Source: a bacterium HR37 (GTDB lineage Bacteria; Desulfobacterota_D; UBA1144; Nemesobacterales; CSP1-2). From it: 64,000 nucleotides of DNA. Each line of letters begins with the position of its first letter. Position 1 is the first letter of the stretch. A program made the position numbers and the translations under genes. The notes under the pieces were generated by a model that was given only the letters and a program-made list of their open reading frames with translations, was not told the DNA's origin and searched no databases. Below, in pieces: positions 1 to 8,641 of this stretch. The stretch lies in the NCBI GenBank assembly GCA_002898375.1, contig BEIN01000015.1, positions 4,414-68,413 on the forward strand, written 5' to 3'.

Positions 1-349
1 CCGTTTTCTGCCTGCCATCTGTATAGACGTATTTTACATCTATAAACAGCTTTGAACCCCTTTCGGTGGTTTCTACGGGTCTAAACAGGATTCCCTCTAT
101 GTCTACTCTTTTTCCTGCAAAGTGTATTATGTGGTGGTCAGGGGGTGGAACCTTTGCGGAAAAAAGGAGCCCAAGCGGGATAAATATTAAAGGAGCAAGC
201 TGTTTCTGAGTAAGGCACAACACACCAATTACAGGAGAGATAACGGTAATTAACAACCACTCGTTTTTACAGAATTCCGAGATCAATATGCCGGATGCAA
301 AGTTAAGCAGTAAAAAGAGGATTCTGTATTTCAGCAAAAAGGAATTCAT
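1..349 (-). CDS. 5' part of a probable ComEC/Rec2 competence protein (runs off the window edge)
   Basis: Not in the ORF track. Hand translation from ATG at 349, directly after the ispF stop, gives MNSFLLKYRILFLLLNFASGILISEFCKNEWLLITVISPVIGVLCLTQKQLAPLIFIPLGLLFSAKVPPPDHHIIHFAGKRVDIEGILFRPVETTERGSKLFIDVKYV..., open to position 1. About three hydrophobic helices then a DUF4131-like segment. Confidence 0.6.
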   Translation of the reverse strand, partial: MNSFLLKYRILFLLLNFASGILISEFCKNEWLLITVISPVIGVLCLTQKQLAPLIFIPLGLLFSAKVPPPDHHIIHFAGKRVDIEGILFRPVETTERGSKLFIDVKYVYTDGRQKT

Positions 350-829
350 CTATCTGCATTGTTTTAAAAGAACTACGGCATAAGCTGCTATACCCTCTTG
401 TCTTCCTGTAAAGCCCATACGGTCAGTTGTGGTTGCTTTTATACCCAGAGAGGTAGCGGGAATCTCCATAAATGAGGAGAGCTTTTCTTTTATTTCCGGT
501 ATATGCTTGGACAACTTTGGCTTCTCACAAACTATGGTGCTGTCCACGTTCTCGATTTCAAATCCCTTGGATCGTAAAATGCCTAAGACTTCTCCAAGAA
601 GGGATAGGCTTGATATACCTTTGTATCTGGGACTACTATCTGGAAAATGTGTTCCTATATCTCTTTCTCCGATTGCCCCAAGCAGAGCATCACAAATTGC
701 GTGTATAAGGACATCTGCATCTGAGTGTCCTTCCAACCCGAATTCAAAGGGGATCTCTACACCTCCAAGAACAAGTTTTCTTCCTTTTGAAAATCTATGA
801 GCATCAAAACCAAGACCTATCCTGTACAT
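350..829 (-). CDS. ispF: 2-C-methyl-D-erythritol 2,4-cyclodiphosphate synthase
   Basis: RIGLGFDAHRF, GHSDADVLIHAICDALLGA, DIGTHFPD, KATTTD motifs; overlaps ispD. Confidence 0.97.
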   Translation of the reverse strand: MYRIGLGFDAHRFSKGRKLVLGGVEIPFEFGLEGHSDADVLIHAICDALLGAIGERDIGTHFPDSSPRYKGISSLSLLGEVLGILRSKGFEIENVDSTIVCEKPKLSKHIPEIKEKLSSFMEIPATSLGIKATTTDRMGFTGRQEGIAAYAVVLLKQCR

Positions 830-1539
830 TGGAGGGAATCCTCTATACCTCCTTTAACAAATAACTCTGCTGTGATAAGGTCTTCTTTTGTTGTTATTTT
901 TATGTTTGCCCAGTGGCCCTCTGTTATTTTTACACGAAACCCACACCTTTCAACAAGCGAAGATTCATCTGTACCGATAAAACCGTCTTCTTTTGCTTTC
1001 TCTATTGCCTTCTTTAGAATCTCATACCTGAAGGCTTGGGGGGTTTGAGCAAGCCAGAGCTCTTCTCTGGGAAGGGTTTTATCTACGTATGTGCTGTTGT
1101 ATGCTTTCTTTACGGTGTCTTTAATCCTCACTGCACAGATTGCACCTCCGTAGGTGGATGCTTCTTTTATTACCTTATTGATTATCTCAACCTGTATAAA
1201 AGGGCGTACCCCATCGTGGACGACCACTATATCAAAGCGATCTGACAGGGAGTTAAGGCCGATTTCTACCGAATGCTGCCTTTCCTCTCCTCCCGGGACT
1301 ATCTTTTTAACCTTGTTAAACTGAAATCTCTCCACTATCTCATAACAGCAGTAAGACAGCTTGTCTTCAGGAACCACAAGGACAATCTCATGTACAAAGG
1401 GGGATTTTTGAAACTTCTCGATTGAGTACGCAACAAGTGGTTTTCCACAGAGCGGGATAAACTGTTTTTTTGTTTCCGTTCCAAACCTCTTTCCTTTCCC
1501 CGCTGCGGCTATTATTGCACCAGTCCTTAACTCATCCAT
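817..1539 (-). CDS. ispD: 2-C-methyl-D-erythritol 4-phosphate cytidylyltransferase
   Basis: AAAGKGKRFG, GGEERQHSV, VHDGVRPF, AQTPQAF, NIKITTKEDL motifs. Confidence 0.97.
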   Translation of the reverse strand: MDELRTGAIIAAAGKGKRFGTETKKQFIPLCGKPLVAYSIEKFQKSPFVHEIVLVVPEDKLSYCCYEIVERFQFNKVKKIVPGGEERQHSVEIGLNSLSDRFDIVVVHDGVRPFIQVEIINKVIKEASTYGGAICAVRIKDTVKKAYNSTYVDKTLPREELWLAQTPQAFRYEILKKAIEKAKEDGFIGTDESSLVERCGFRVKITEGHWANIKITTKEDLITAELFVKGGIEDSLQCTG

Positions 1540-2533
1540 TTAGGTCAGAAACCATACCCTCTTCCTTGACCCTTGAAAAGATCATCCTTCCCGTAGGGGT
1601 TTGAAGTACACTTGTTACAGAAACCTCAATCTCTTTGCCTAGGTACTTCTTTGCATCATCTACAACAACCATGGTTCCATCTTCGAGATAGCCTACTCCT
1701 TGGTTCTCTTCTTTCCCCTCTCTTACCACCCTGATGCTCATAGTTTCTCCTGGTAGTACAACAGGCTTTAGGGCATTGGAGAGTTGATTTAGATTGAGCA
1801 CCTTTACTCCATGGAGATTTGCAACCTTATTGAGGTTAAAATCATTCGTTATTATCGTGCCTCTGAGTTTCTTTGCAAGCTCAACGAGTTTTAGATCCGT
1901 TTCTTTTATCTTGGGAAAATCATGGCTGGTTATCTTAACCACTACATTTGGAAGTTCCTGCATGCGTTTAAGGACATCAAGTCCCCTTCTACCTCTTACC
2001 CTTTTTATCAATTCAGGAGAGTCAGCAATGTACTGAAGCTCCTTAATGATAAACTTGGGAACTATAAGGGTACCCTCTATAAAACCTGCTTCAACGACAT
2101 CTGCAATTCTGCCATCTATAATAACGCTTGTATCAAGTATTTTGACGTTCTCATAACTGCTTTTTCCAAAACCTTTTCTTCCCTGTTCAAATTCAAGCCC
2201 CTTCTTTATACCCAGTGTCGCTCCGAGATAGAACAGCGAAAGAAAGCTTATGATATTGAGAAAGGGAGCTAAGTTATACGGAATGGAAAGGGTCTCAATT
2301 ATACTCTTTAGGGCAAAAAAGGTTATCGAGGCTATACCTACCCCTATAGCTCCACCAAGAGCCGATTTGGGAGGAAATTCTTCAAACCTGTTTTCCAGGC
2401 CCCATGAGATTCCAAAAGCTATAACACCACATATGCCTCCAATTAGGAAAGCAACTGGTAGATTATAAATTGGATATGCAATGAAAAAGCTAAGAGCTAT
2501 CGAAAATATAAGAAAAAGGATTTTTCCTATCAT
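1532..2533 (-). CDS. PIN/TRAM-domain membrane protein (YacL family)
   Basis: N-terminal TM helices; LDTSVIIDGRI, RGRRGLD, TNDFNLNKVA, GYLEDGTMVVV, QTPTGRMIF; usual position upstream of ispD. Confidence 0.93.
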   Translation of the reverse strand: MIGKILFLIFSIALSFFIAYPIYNLPVAFLIGGICGVIAFGISWGLENRFEEFPPKSALGGAIGVGIASITFFALKSIIETLSIPYNLAPFLNIISFLSLFYLGATLGIKKGLEFEQGRKGFGKSSYENVKILDTSVIIDGRIADVVEAGFIEGTLIVPKFIIKELQYIADSPELIKRVRGRRGLDVLKRMQELPNVVVKITSHDFPKIKETDLKLVELAKKLRGTIITNDFNLNKVANLHGVKVLNLNQLSNALKPVVLPGETMSIRVVREGKEENQGVGYLEDGTMVVVDDAKKYLGKEIEVSVTSVLQTPTGRMIFSRVKEEGMVSDLNG

Positions 2534-2594
2534 TCTTCCTCACCCCTTAATTTACTGCTACCCCTTTAAGTAAATATAAGGCAAAATAAAGTTT

Positions 2595-3170
2595 TCACAA
2601 GGCCTTGTTCTTAACCGTTGTTTTGTCGCTGAAACCCTGATCCACCTTCTCTATAAGTTTTGTGATCTCATCAACTATCCTTATATACCTACTTCTGCCG
2701 TAGCCTGGTGATTTTGCCCTTCCCTCTATGCTTGCATCTGCTAGGATCTCGTTTGTTTTCTTATCTACCAACATAACCCTTACCGATACGGAGCTTTTTC
2801 CCTTGTCATTAATCCTTATAAACCATTCGCAGAATTTGCAACCTCTGTTGTAACCTGTTACCTCTCCTTTAACTAAAAGAACGCCTTCTCTTTTGTCTGT
2901 ATATCCCCGAATTATTTCTTTAAAGTGGTTTGTGGTTTTTAGCTTTTCAGCAACCATATCCGGGATTTCCCAGGCCGAGTCGTATGGTACCCATTCTTTG
3001 GTTGTTCTGCTGAAGTTGGGTATCTCTAGGATTTTATAGTCTGCTATCCTGCTGTCTTTTTCGGGTTTTTTATAAAAGAAAACCCTCTTAGGACTGCATC
3101 CTGGCAAGGAGATCAACGCTAGGAGCAAGAGAGACTTTAAGCAGGTAAACAGGTAAATTTTTGTCTTCAT
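2595..3170 (-). CDS. Putative lipoprotein (DUF4410-like)
   Basis: Signal peptide with lipobox-like LPGC (Cys25); LLVKGEVTGYNRG...VSVRVMLVDKKTNEILA pattern; GGAG SD upstream. Confidence 0.6.
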   Translation of the reverse strand: MKTKIYLFTCLKSLLLLALISLPGCSPKRVFFYKKPEKDSRIADYKILEIPNFSRTTKEWVPYDSAWEIPDMVAEKLKTTNHFKEIIRGYTDKREGVLLVKGEVTGYNRGCKFCEWFIRINDKGKSSVSVRVMLVDKKTNEILADASIEGRAKSPGYGRSRYIRIVDEITKLIEKVDQGFSDKTTVKNKAL

Positions 3171-3302
3171 CTAAGCATCTCCTTAAAAATGGTTCTTATA
3201 AAGTAATATATCCTAATAAGAGAAAAACTCGACCCTACTGTTGACAATGTTGCTATATTAGACTAATACTAATCTCGACTTTATTAGAGTGAGAACCGAG
3301 GT

Positions 3303-4058
3303 ATGAGACTCTGTTCCCTTGCAAGTGGAAGCTCAGGAAACTCATTCTTTGTTGATACGGGAAGAACTAGGATCCTTGTAGATGCAGGTATAACCCTTAG
3401 GCAACTTAATCTGCGTCTAAGAGGGCTGGGTATTAGTATATCAGAGATAGATGCTGTTGTTGTGTCTCATGAGCACACGGACCACACTGCTGCTATTCCT
3501 TATTTGGAAATCCCCGTTTATGTTTCATCTTTAACGATTGATATGTGGAAAAATAGTGTAAGCAATCTTAAGGTATTTGAATCGGGTGTTCCTTTTTATA
3601 TAAAAGACCTACTTGTTTTGCCTTTTTCTGTTCCCCATGATGCTCTTGACCCTGTAGGTTTTTCACTCCAGACAGACACTAATAAAAAAGTGGGAATCGT
3701 AACTGATATAGGCTCTGTGACCAATCTTGTAAGAGAGAGGCTAAAGGACTCAAATGTTTTGGTTCTTGAATTCAACTACGATGAGAGCCTGATTTTATAC
3801 AGCCACTATCCCTGGGAGCTTAAACAGCGGATAAGGAGCCGGCTTGGGCATCTATCTAACGGGGAGGCAGGTAATTTGCTAAAAAGTCTGGTACATAGCG
3901 GGCTTTATCACGTTGTGCTTGCCCATTTAAGTGAGGTAAACAACAAACCTGAACTCGCTTTAAATACTGCGTATTCTGCCCTTTTTGATAAAGGGGCAAA
4001 AGATATAAGACTATCAGTTGCTCCTAGAAAAAGATTAGGGGAGGTTATAGAGATTTGA
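3303..4058 (+). CDS. MBL-fold metallo-hydrolase (YycJ/WalJ-like)
   Basis: LASGSSGN, SHEHTDH, VPHDALDP, GHLSN, LAHLSEVNN motifs. Confidence 0.9.
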   Translation: MRLCSLASGSSGNSFFVDTGRTRILVDAGITLRQLNLRLRGLGISISEIDAVVVSHEHTDHTAAIPYLEIPVYVSSLTIDMWKNSVSNLKVFESGVPFYIKDLLVLPFSVPHDALDPVGFSLQTDTNKKVGIVTDIGSVTNLVRERLKDSNVLVLEFNYDESLILYSHYPWELKQRIRSRLGHLSNGEAGNLLKSLVHSGLYHVVLAHLSEVNNKPELALNTAYSALFDKGAKDIRLSVAPRKRLGEVIEI

Positions 4059-5356
4059 TCCCAAGGTACTCCCGTGAAGAGATGGCAAAGATATGGAGTG
4101 ATGAGTCAAAGTATAACAACTGGCTACGGGTAGAGATTGCAGCATGCGAAGCCTGGGCTCACATTGGACGGGTGCCTAAAGAGGCTTTAGAAGCGATAAA
4201 GAAAAAGGCAAGGTTTGATGTTAATCGTATAAATGAGCTAGAAAGGGTGTTAAAGCATGATGTTATAGCTTTCCTTACATGTGTTTCCGAGTATGTCGGG
4301 GAGGAATCAAGATATATCCATCTTGGGCTTACGTCTTCTGATGTTCTTGATACCGCATTTGCCCTTCAACTAAAAGAGGCTTCAGAGGTAATTATTGATG
4401 ATATAAAGGAAGTGATGAAGGTCTTAAAGGAGCTCTCTTTCAAGCACAAGTACACACCCATGGTGGGAAGAACCCATGGGGTTCATGCAGAGCCCATAAC
4501 CCTTGGGCTTGTCTTTGCTCTCTGGTATGATGATATGAATAGGAATCTAAAGAGGGTAGAGAGGGCAAAGGAATCTGTAAGTGTTGGAAAGGTCTCTGGG
4601 GCTGTGGGTACTTTTGCAAATACTGATCCTTTTGTAGAAGAGTATGTATGCAAAAGTTTGGGACTTAAACCAGCAAGAATCTCCTCTCAGATTATACAGC
4701 GCGACATTCATGCGGAGTACTTTGCTACACTTGCTATCGTGGCTTCTACCATAGAAAAGATAGCACTTCAGGTTAGACATCTTCAGAGAACAGAGGTTTT
4801 AGAACTTGAAGAGCCCTTTACCGAGGGACAGAAAGGTTCCTCTGCAATGCCTCATAAGCGAAACCCTATAATCTCGGAGAATCTCTGTGGGCTTTCCCGT
4901 CTTGTTCGTTCTTATGCTATATCTGCTATGGAGAATATTCCTCTTTGGCATGAACGCGATATAAGTCACTCCTCTGTTGAGAGGGTTATAGGGCCTGATG
5001 CTACTATACTGGTTGATTTCATGCTGAACAGACTTAAAAATCTTTTGCAGTCTCTTAGGGTTTATCCAGAAAATCTTGAGAAAAACCTCTGGCTTACCCG
5101 TGGGCTTATCTTTTCAGAAAAGGTGTTACTTAAACTCATAGATAAGGGTCTTTCAAGAGAGGATGCATATGAGATTGTTCAGAGAAATGCTATGAAAAGC
5201 TGGGAAGAGAAGGTGGATTTTAAAGCCGCTCTCCTTGATGACAAACAGCTGATGGGTTTCCTATCTCGGGAAGAGATAGAAGGTTGCTTTGATATAAAGC
5301 ATGACCTAAGAAACATAGACTACATATTTGACAGGGTATTCTCTGAGGAAAGGTAG
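4055..5356 (+). CDS. purB: Adenylosuccinate lyase
   Basis: HLGLTSSD, GRTHGVHAEP, GSSAMPHKRNP signature; TTG start overlaps the upstream stop. Confidence 0.97.
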   Translation: MIPRYSREEMAKIWSDESKYNNWLRVEIAACEAWAHIGRVPKEALEAIKKKARFDVNRINELERVLKHDVIAFLTCVSEYVGEESRYIHLGLTSSDVLDTAFALQLKEASEVIIDDIKEVMKVLKELSFKHKYTPMVGRTHGVHAEPITLGLVFALWYDDMNRNLKRVERAKESVSVGKVSGAVGTFANTDPFVEEYVCKSLGLKPARISSQIIQRDIHAEYFATLAIVASTIEKIALQVRHLQRTEVLELEEPFTEGQKGSSAMPHKRNPIISENLCGLSRLVRSYAISAMENIPLWHERDISHSSVERVIGPDATILVDFMLNRLKNLLQSLRVYPENLEKNLWLTRGLIFSEKVLLKLIDKGLSREDAYEIVQRNAMKSWEEKVDFKAALLDDKQLMGFLSREEIEGCFDIKHDLRNIDYIFDRVFSEER

Positions 5357-5438
5357 TGATTTCAGAGATTTCTCATTTTTGTTGCTTTCTAATTAATCAG
5401 TGGTATATTTTACGGAAATGTTTGTACGGAGGCAAATA

Positions 5439-6437
5439 ATGAAATCAAGGTATTTATTGGGGTTCTTTGTGCTTCTTTTTTCTTTTCTCGTTTCCATGGA
5501 GACGCTTGTTCTTGCTGACAATAACATATCGGCTGAGGAGGCAAAAAGACTTAAGGTTTTTCTTAAGAGAAGGTTGGGAACAAATCTACCTCAGGATGCC
5601 AAAATAGAGGTAAAGGGCTATGAGAAAAGCCCTATTGCAGGGTTTAAAAAGGGTACTTTTGTTGTTGAGTCCTCAAGGGGATCAGGAGAGGCAAGCTTTC
5701 TTATAAGTCAGGATGGAAGATACATTATATTTGGAGAACCTGTTAATACGCAGGAATTTGAAAACACCGGTGTGGCCGGAATGAAAAAGGGAGAGATTTC
5801 TCTTGGGCGCCAATCGGTTCCAATTCTTATAAGCTCGGATGGGAAGTTTTTGATTCTGGGTGAGTTGATAGACTCTACCGTTAACCCACTTGAAGAGACA
5901 ATGAGCAAGATATCTCTTAACGATGTTCCAGTTAAGGGAGATAAAAATGCAAAGGTTACTATAGTTGAGTATTCAGATTTTCAGTGTCCTTTCTGCAAGC
6001 GTGCAACAGATATGCTTCCACAGATAATGGAGCAATATAAGGGAAAGGTAAAGCTGGTTTATAAACAGTTTCCACTTCCCAGTCATCCGTGGGCAAAGGA
6101 TGCTGCAGTTGCTTCGGTGTGTGCGTATAAGCAGGGAAACGAGAAATTCTGGAAGTTTCATGATCTTGTATTTGAGAAACAGAAAGAGATTACAGTTGAG
6201 AACTCTAAGGATAAATTTAGAGCTTTTGCTCAACAAATAGGGCTTGATACGAAAAAGTTTGAGCAGTGTGTTAACTCTAAAGAAGCATCAGAGAGGGTTG
6301 AGGGTGAGATTAGAGAAGGTATGTCTGTGGGTGTGAACTCTACCCCCACGTTTATAGTAAATGGAATGACGGTAAGAGGAGCAACACCTGAGGGATTAAA
6401 AGCTGCAATTGAGGCAAGCCTGTCAGGAAACATATAG
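5439..6437 (+). CDS. Exported DsbA/DsbC-like thioredoxin-fold thiol-disulfide oxidoreductase
   Basis: Signal peptide; EYSDFQCPFC active site and GVNSTPTF cis-Pro loop. Start placed at ATG 5439 after GGAGG SD. Confidence 0.88.
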   Translation: MKSRYLLGFFVLLFSFLVSMETLVLADNNISAEEAKRLKVFLKRRLGTNLPQDAKIEVKGYEKSPIAGFKKGTFVVESSRGSGEASFLISQDGRYIIFGEPVNTQEFENTGVAGMKKGEISLGRQSVPILISSDGKFLILGELIDSTVNPLEETMSKISLNDVPVKGDKNAKVTIVEYSDFQCPFCKRATDMLPQIMEQYKGKVKLVYKQFPLPSHPWAKDAAVASVCAYKQGNEKFWKFHDLVFEKQKEITVENSKDKFRAFAQQIGLDTKKFEQCVNSKEASERVEGEIREGMSVGVNSTPTFIVNGMTVRGATPEGLKAAIEASLSGNI

Positions 6438-6474
6438 GTTTTAAAAATTAAAGAAATAGAGATATAAGAGGTTT

Positions 6475-6530
6475 GCAGGAACAAGGTGTGGGAGTCCTAA
6501 GATTCCCTTCCTGTTCCTGTTTTATTCTTC
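6475..6530 (+). terminator. Long stem-loop followed by a U-rich tract (probable intrinsic terminator)
   Basis: GCAGGAAC-A-AGG..GGGAGTC-CTAA-GATTCCC..CCT-GTTCCTGT then TTATTCTTCTTTT, downstream of the DsbA-like gene. Confidence 0.55.
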
Positions 6531-6568
6531 TTTTATTGTAATTTGGCATGGTTTATAATTCTAGAGTT

Positions 6569-7282
6569 ATGAAGTGTCCAAATTGTGGGTTTCATACTTT
6601 TGACCACATTGATAAGTGTAAAAGATGTGGAAATCCTTTAGAACCAAAGCCATTTTATAGAAGCACTTACAACATTACTATCGAGGATGGGGGAGAAGAA
6701 GAGCAGAAAGAGTTTTTTGGCTCTAACGAGGAGGGCTCTTTTGATTTGTTTTCCGATAGGGGTGATCTTGACACCTCAACCTCCAAGATAAAATCCCCGC
6801 ATGTAGCGGGTGAGATCGAAAATGATGACCTGGTGGAATTAGAGGAAAAAGAGTTATTTCTTCTTGACCTTGCAGAGCCATTTACCAGGGCGATTGCGTT
6901 TTTTTTAGATATTGTTATTGTATCCTTAGTAACTGCTATTACTCTCGGGATCGGGCTTTATATAGCTGGGCTGGATCTGTTTTCCGCAACTAGATTCTTA
7001 AATATGATAGGTTCGGTTTATTTCTTGATGTTTATATTTGCCTCAACCTACTTTGTTTTTCTCCATGGCTACGGAGGAAAGACAATTGGAAAGATGATTA
7101 TGGGGATTCGAACGATTAAGGATAATGGTGAGCCTACAGATATAAACAGCTCATTTATCAGGTGGGTGGGGTACTTTATCTCTACAGTTTTTTTGTTTGC
7201 CGGGTTCTTATGGGCTATTTTTGATCCGATGTATCAGACCTGGCATGATAAACTTGCGGGCACGTATGTTGTAAAAGAGTGA
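6569..7282 (+). CDS. RDD-family membrane protein with N-terminal zinc ribbon
   Basis: CPNC...CKRC, acidic linker, then RAIAFFLD, GKTIGKMIMGIR, QTWHDKLAGTYVV. Start at ATG 6569 (track starts 6548). Confidence 0.88.
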   Translation: MKCPNCGFHTFDHIDKCKRCGNPLEPKPFYRSTYNITIEDGGEEEQKEFFGSNEEGSFDLFSDRGDLDTSTSKIKSPHVAGEIENDDLVELEEKELFLLDLAEPFTRAIAFFLDIVIVSLVTAITLGIGLYIAGLDLFSATRFLNMIGSVYFLMFIFASTYFVFLHGYGGKTIGKMIMGIRTIKDNGEPTDINSSFIRWVGYFISTVFLFAGFLWAIFDPMYQTWHDKLAGTYVVKE

Positions 7283-8541
7283 TGGAATTACTAGAGGAGA
7301 TCCATCAAAGGATTATAGAAAGATCTCAGGAAGTGGAAAGTTGGATAGAGAAACACTCCAGAAGGGTAAGGGTTCCTCTTTATACCTCGGTTGATTTACG
7401 GGCTTCCAGCTATAAGATTGCTCCGGTTGATACCAATGTTTTTCCTGCTGGTTTTAACAATCTTTGCCCTGTATTTAGAGAGCGTACAGCAGCTCTTTTT
7501 AAAGACTACCTTAATAGAAATTACCCTTACGTGCAAAATATACTTATAGTTCCTGAACTCCTTACAAGAAATCTTTACTATTGGGAAAACATATTCGTTC
7601 TAAAAACAATTCTTGAAAGCGTGGGTTTTAAAGTTGAGATAGGATTGGTAAGTGATGAGATCCGCGATGATGTGATAAAGTTTAGAACAGCAGGTGGAAA
7701 AGAGTTAATATGTTATAAGATTAGAAGAAAAGAAGATCAGGTCTTTATTTCGCATTTTGTTCCCGATTTGCTTTTGATAAATAATGATTTTTCCTTAAAG
7801 TGTCCGGAGATTTTAAAAAATATCAGACAACCTGTGGACCCTCCGGTGGAAATAGGGTGGCACTCTAGAAGAAAGAACGTTCACTTTGAGTTTTATAATG
7901 ATCTTGCTGTCGAACTTGCAAAGATACTGGAAATCGATCCTTGGATTATAACCGTAGAGACCGTTCTGGAAAGGGATATAGACTTTGATAGTGAGGAAGA
8001 CAGAAACAGACTGGCAGATAAGGTGGATCTGATGATTGATATGCTGGAAAATGAGTATAAAAAGAGAAAGGTAGAGCACAAGCCTTTTGTTTTTGTAAAA
8101 AGCAATTCCGGCACCTACGGAATGGCTGTAATAAGTGTGTCAAGTGGGGAAGAGATAAGAAGACTAAATGCCGAAGGAAGAAAGAGAATGAGGGTTACCA
8201 AGAGTGGAAAACCAGTAAGGGACGTGGTAATTCAGGAGGGAATTCCAACATCCATTAAGGATACCTATAACAACGTGGTTGGTGAGCCAGTTGTATACCT
8301 TGTCGAGGCCAAGGTGGCTGGTGGCTTTTTAAGGTTAAACAGGGAAAAAACCGAGTTTGACAATCTAAATACAAGAGGAATGGAGTTTGTATGTATTTCC
8401 TTTGGACGTGAGGGGGCATGTGAGAGAAGAGAGTGCGAGGGGTTTTTCCCGGCTGCATATCAGGTGGTTTCCCGTGTGGCTAGTATAGCTGCTGGTTATG
8501 AGATTGAGAAGGTTATTAAAGAGGGGACATGCAGGGATTAA
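7279..8541 (+). CDS. gshA: Glutamate--cysteine ligase (Acidithiobacillus/Xanthomonas-type GshA, ATP-grasp-like)
   Basis: PLYTSVDLR, APVDTNVFPAGFNNL, FVKSNSGTYGMAV, VIQEGIPT, EPVVY, NLNTRGMEF motifs. Confidence 0.85.
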   Translation: MMELLEEIHQRIIERSQEVESWIEKHSRRVRVPLYTSVDLRASSYKIAPVDTNVFPAGFNNLCPVFRERTAALFKDYLNRNYPYVQNILIVPELLTRNLYYWENIFVLKTILESVGFKVEIGLVSDEIRDDVIKFRTAGGKELICYKIRRKEDQVFISHFVPDLLLINNDFSLKCPEILKNIRQPVDPPVEIGWHSRRKNVHFEFYNDLAVELAKILEIDPWIITVETVLERDIDFDSEEDRNRLADKVDLMIDMLENEYKKRKVEHKPFVFVKSNSGTYGMAVISVSSGEEIRRLNAEGRKRMRVTKSGKPVRDVVIQEGIPTSIKDTYNNVVGEPVVYLVEAKVAGGFLRLNREKTEFDNLNTRGMEFVCISFGREGACERRECEGFFPAAYQVVSRVASIAAGYEIEKVIKEGTCRD

Positions 8542-8568
8542 TCTTAAGCCCTCATTATACACTAGGGT

Positions 8569-8597
8569 TTGACAGCCTCGTTTTTTCATGTTAAAAA
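8569..8597 (+). promoter_or_regulatory. Sigma-70-type promoter for the antiporter-atp operon
   Basis: TTGACA (8569-8574), 17 nt, TGT-TAAAAA. Confidence 0.5.
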
Positions 8598-8641
8598 ATT
8601 ACAATTTCAAAACTTCCTACCCAAGGAAATATAAGCCATAG

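Noticed and set aside
6543..6560. TTGGCAT resembling a sigma-54 -24 box upstream of the RDD gene
   Set aside because: No TTGC at the -12 position; the site reads better as a TATAAT -10 box.
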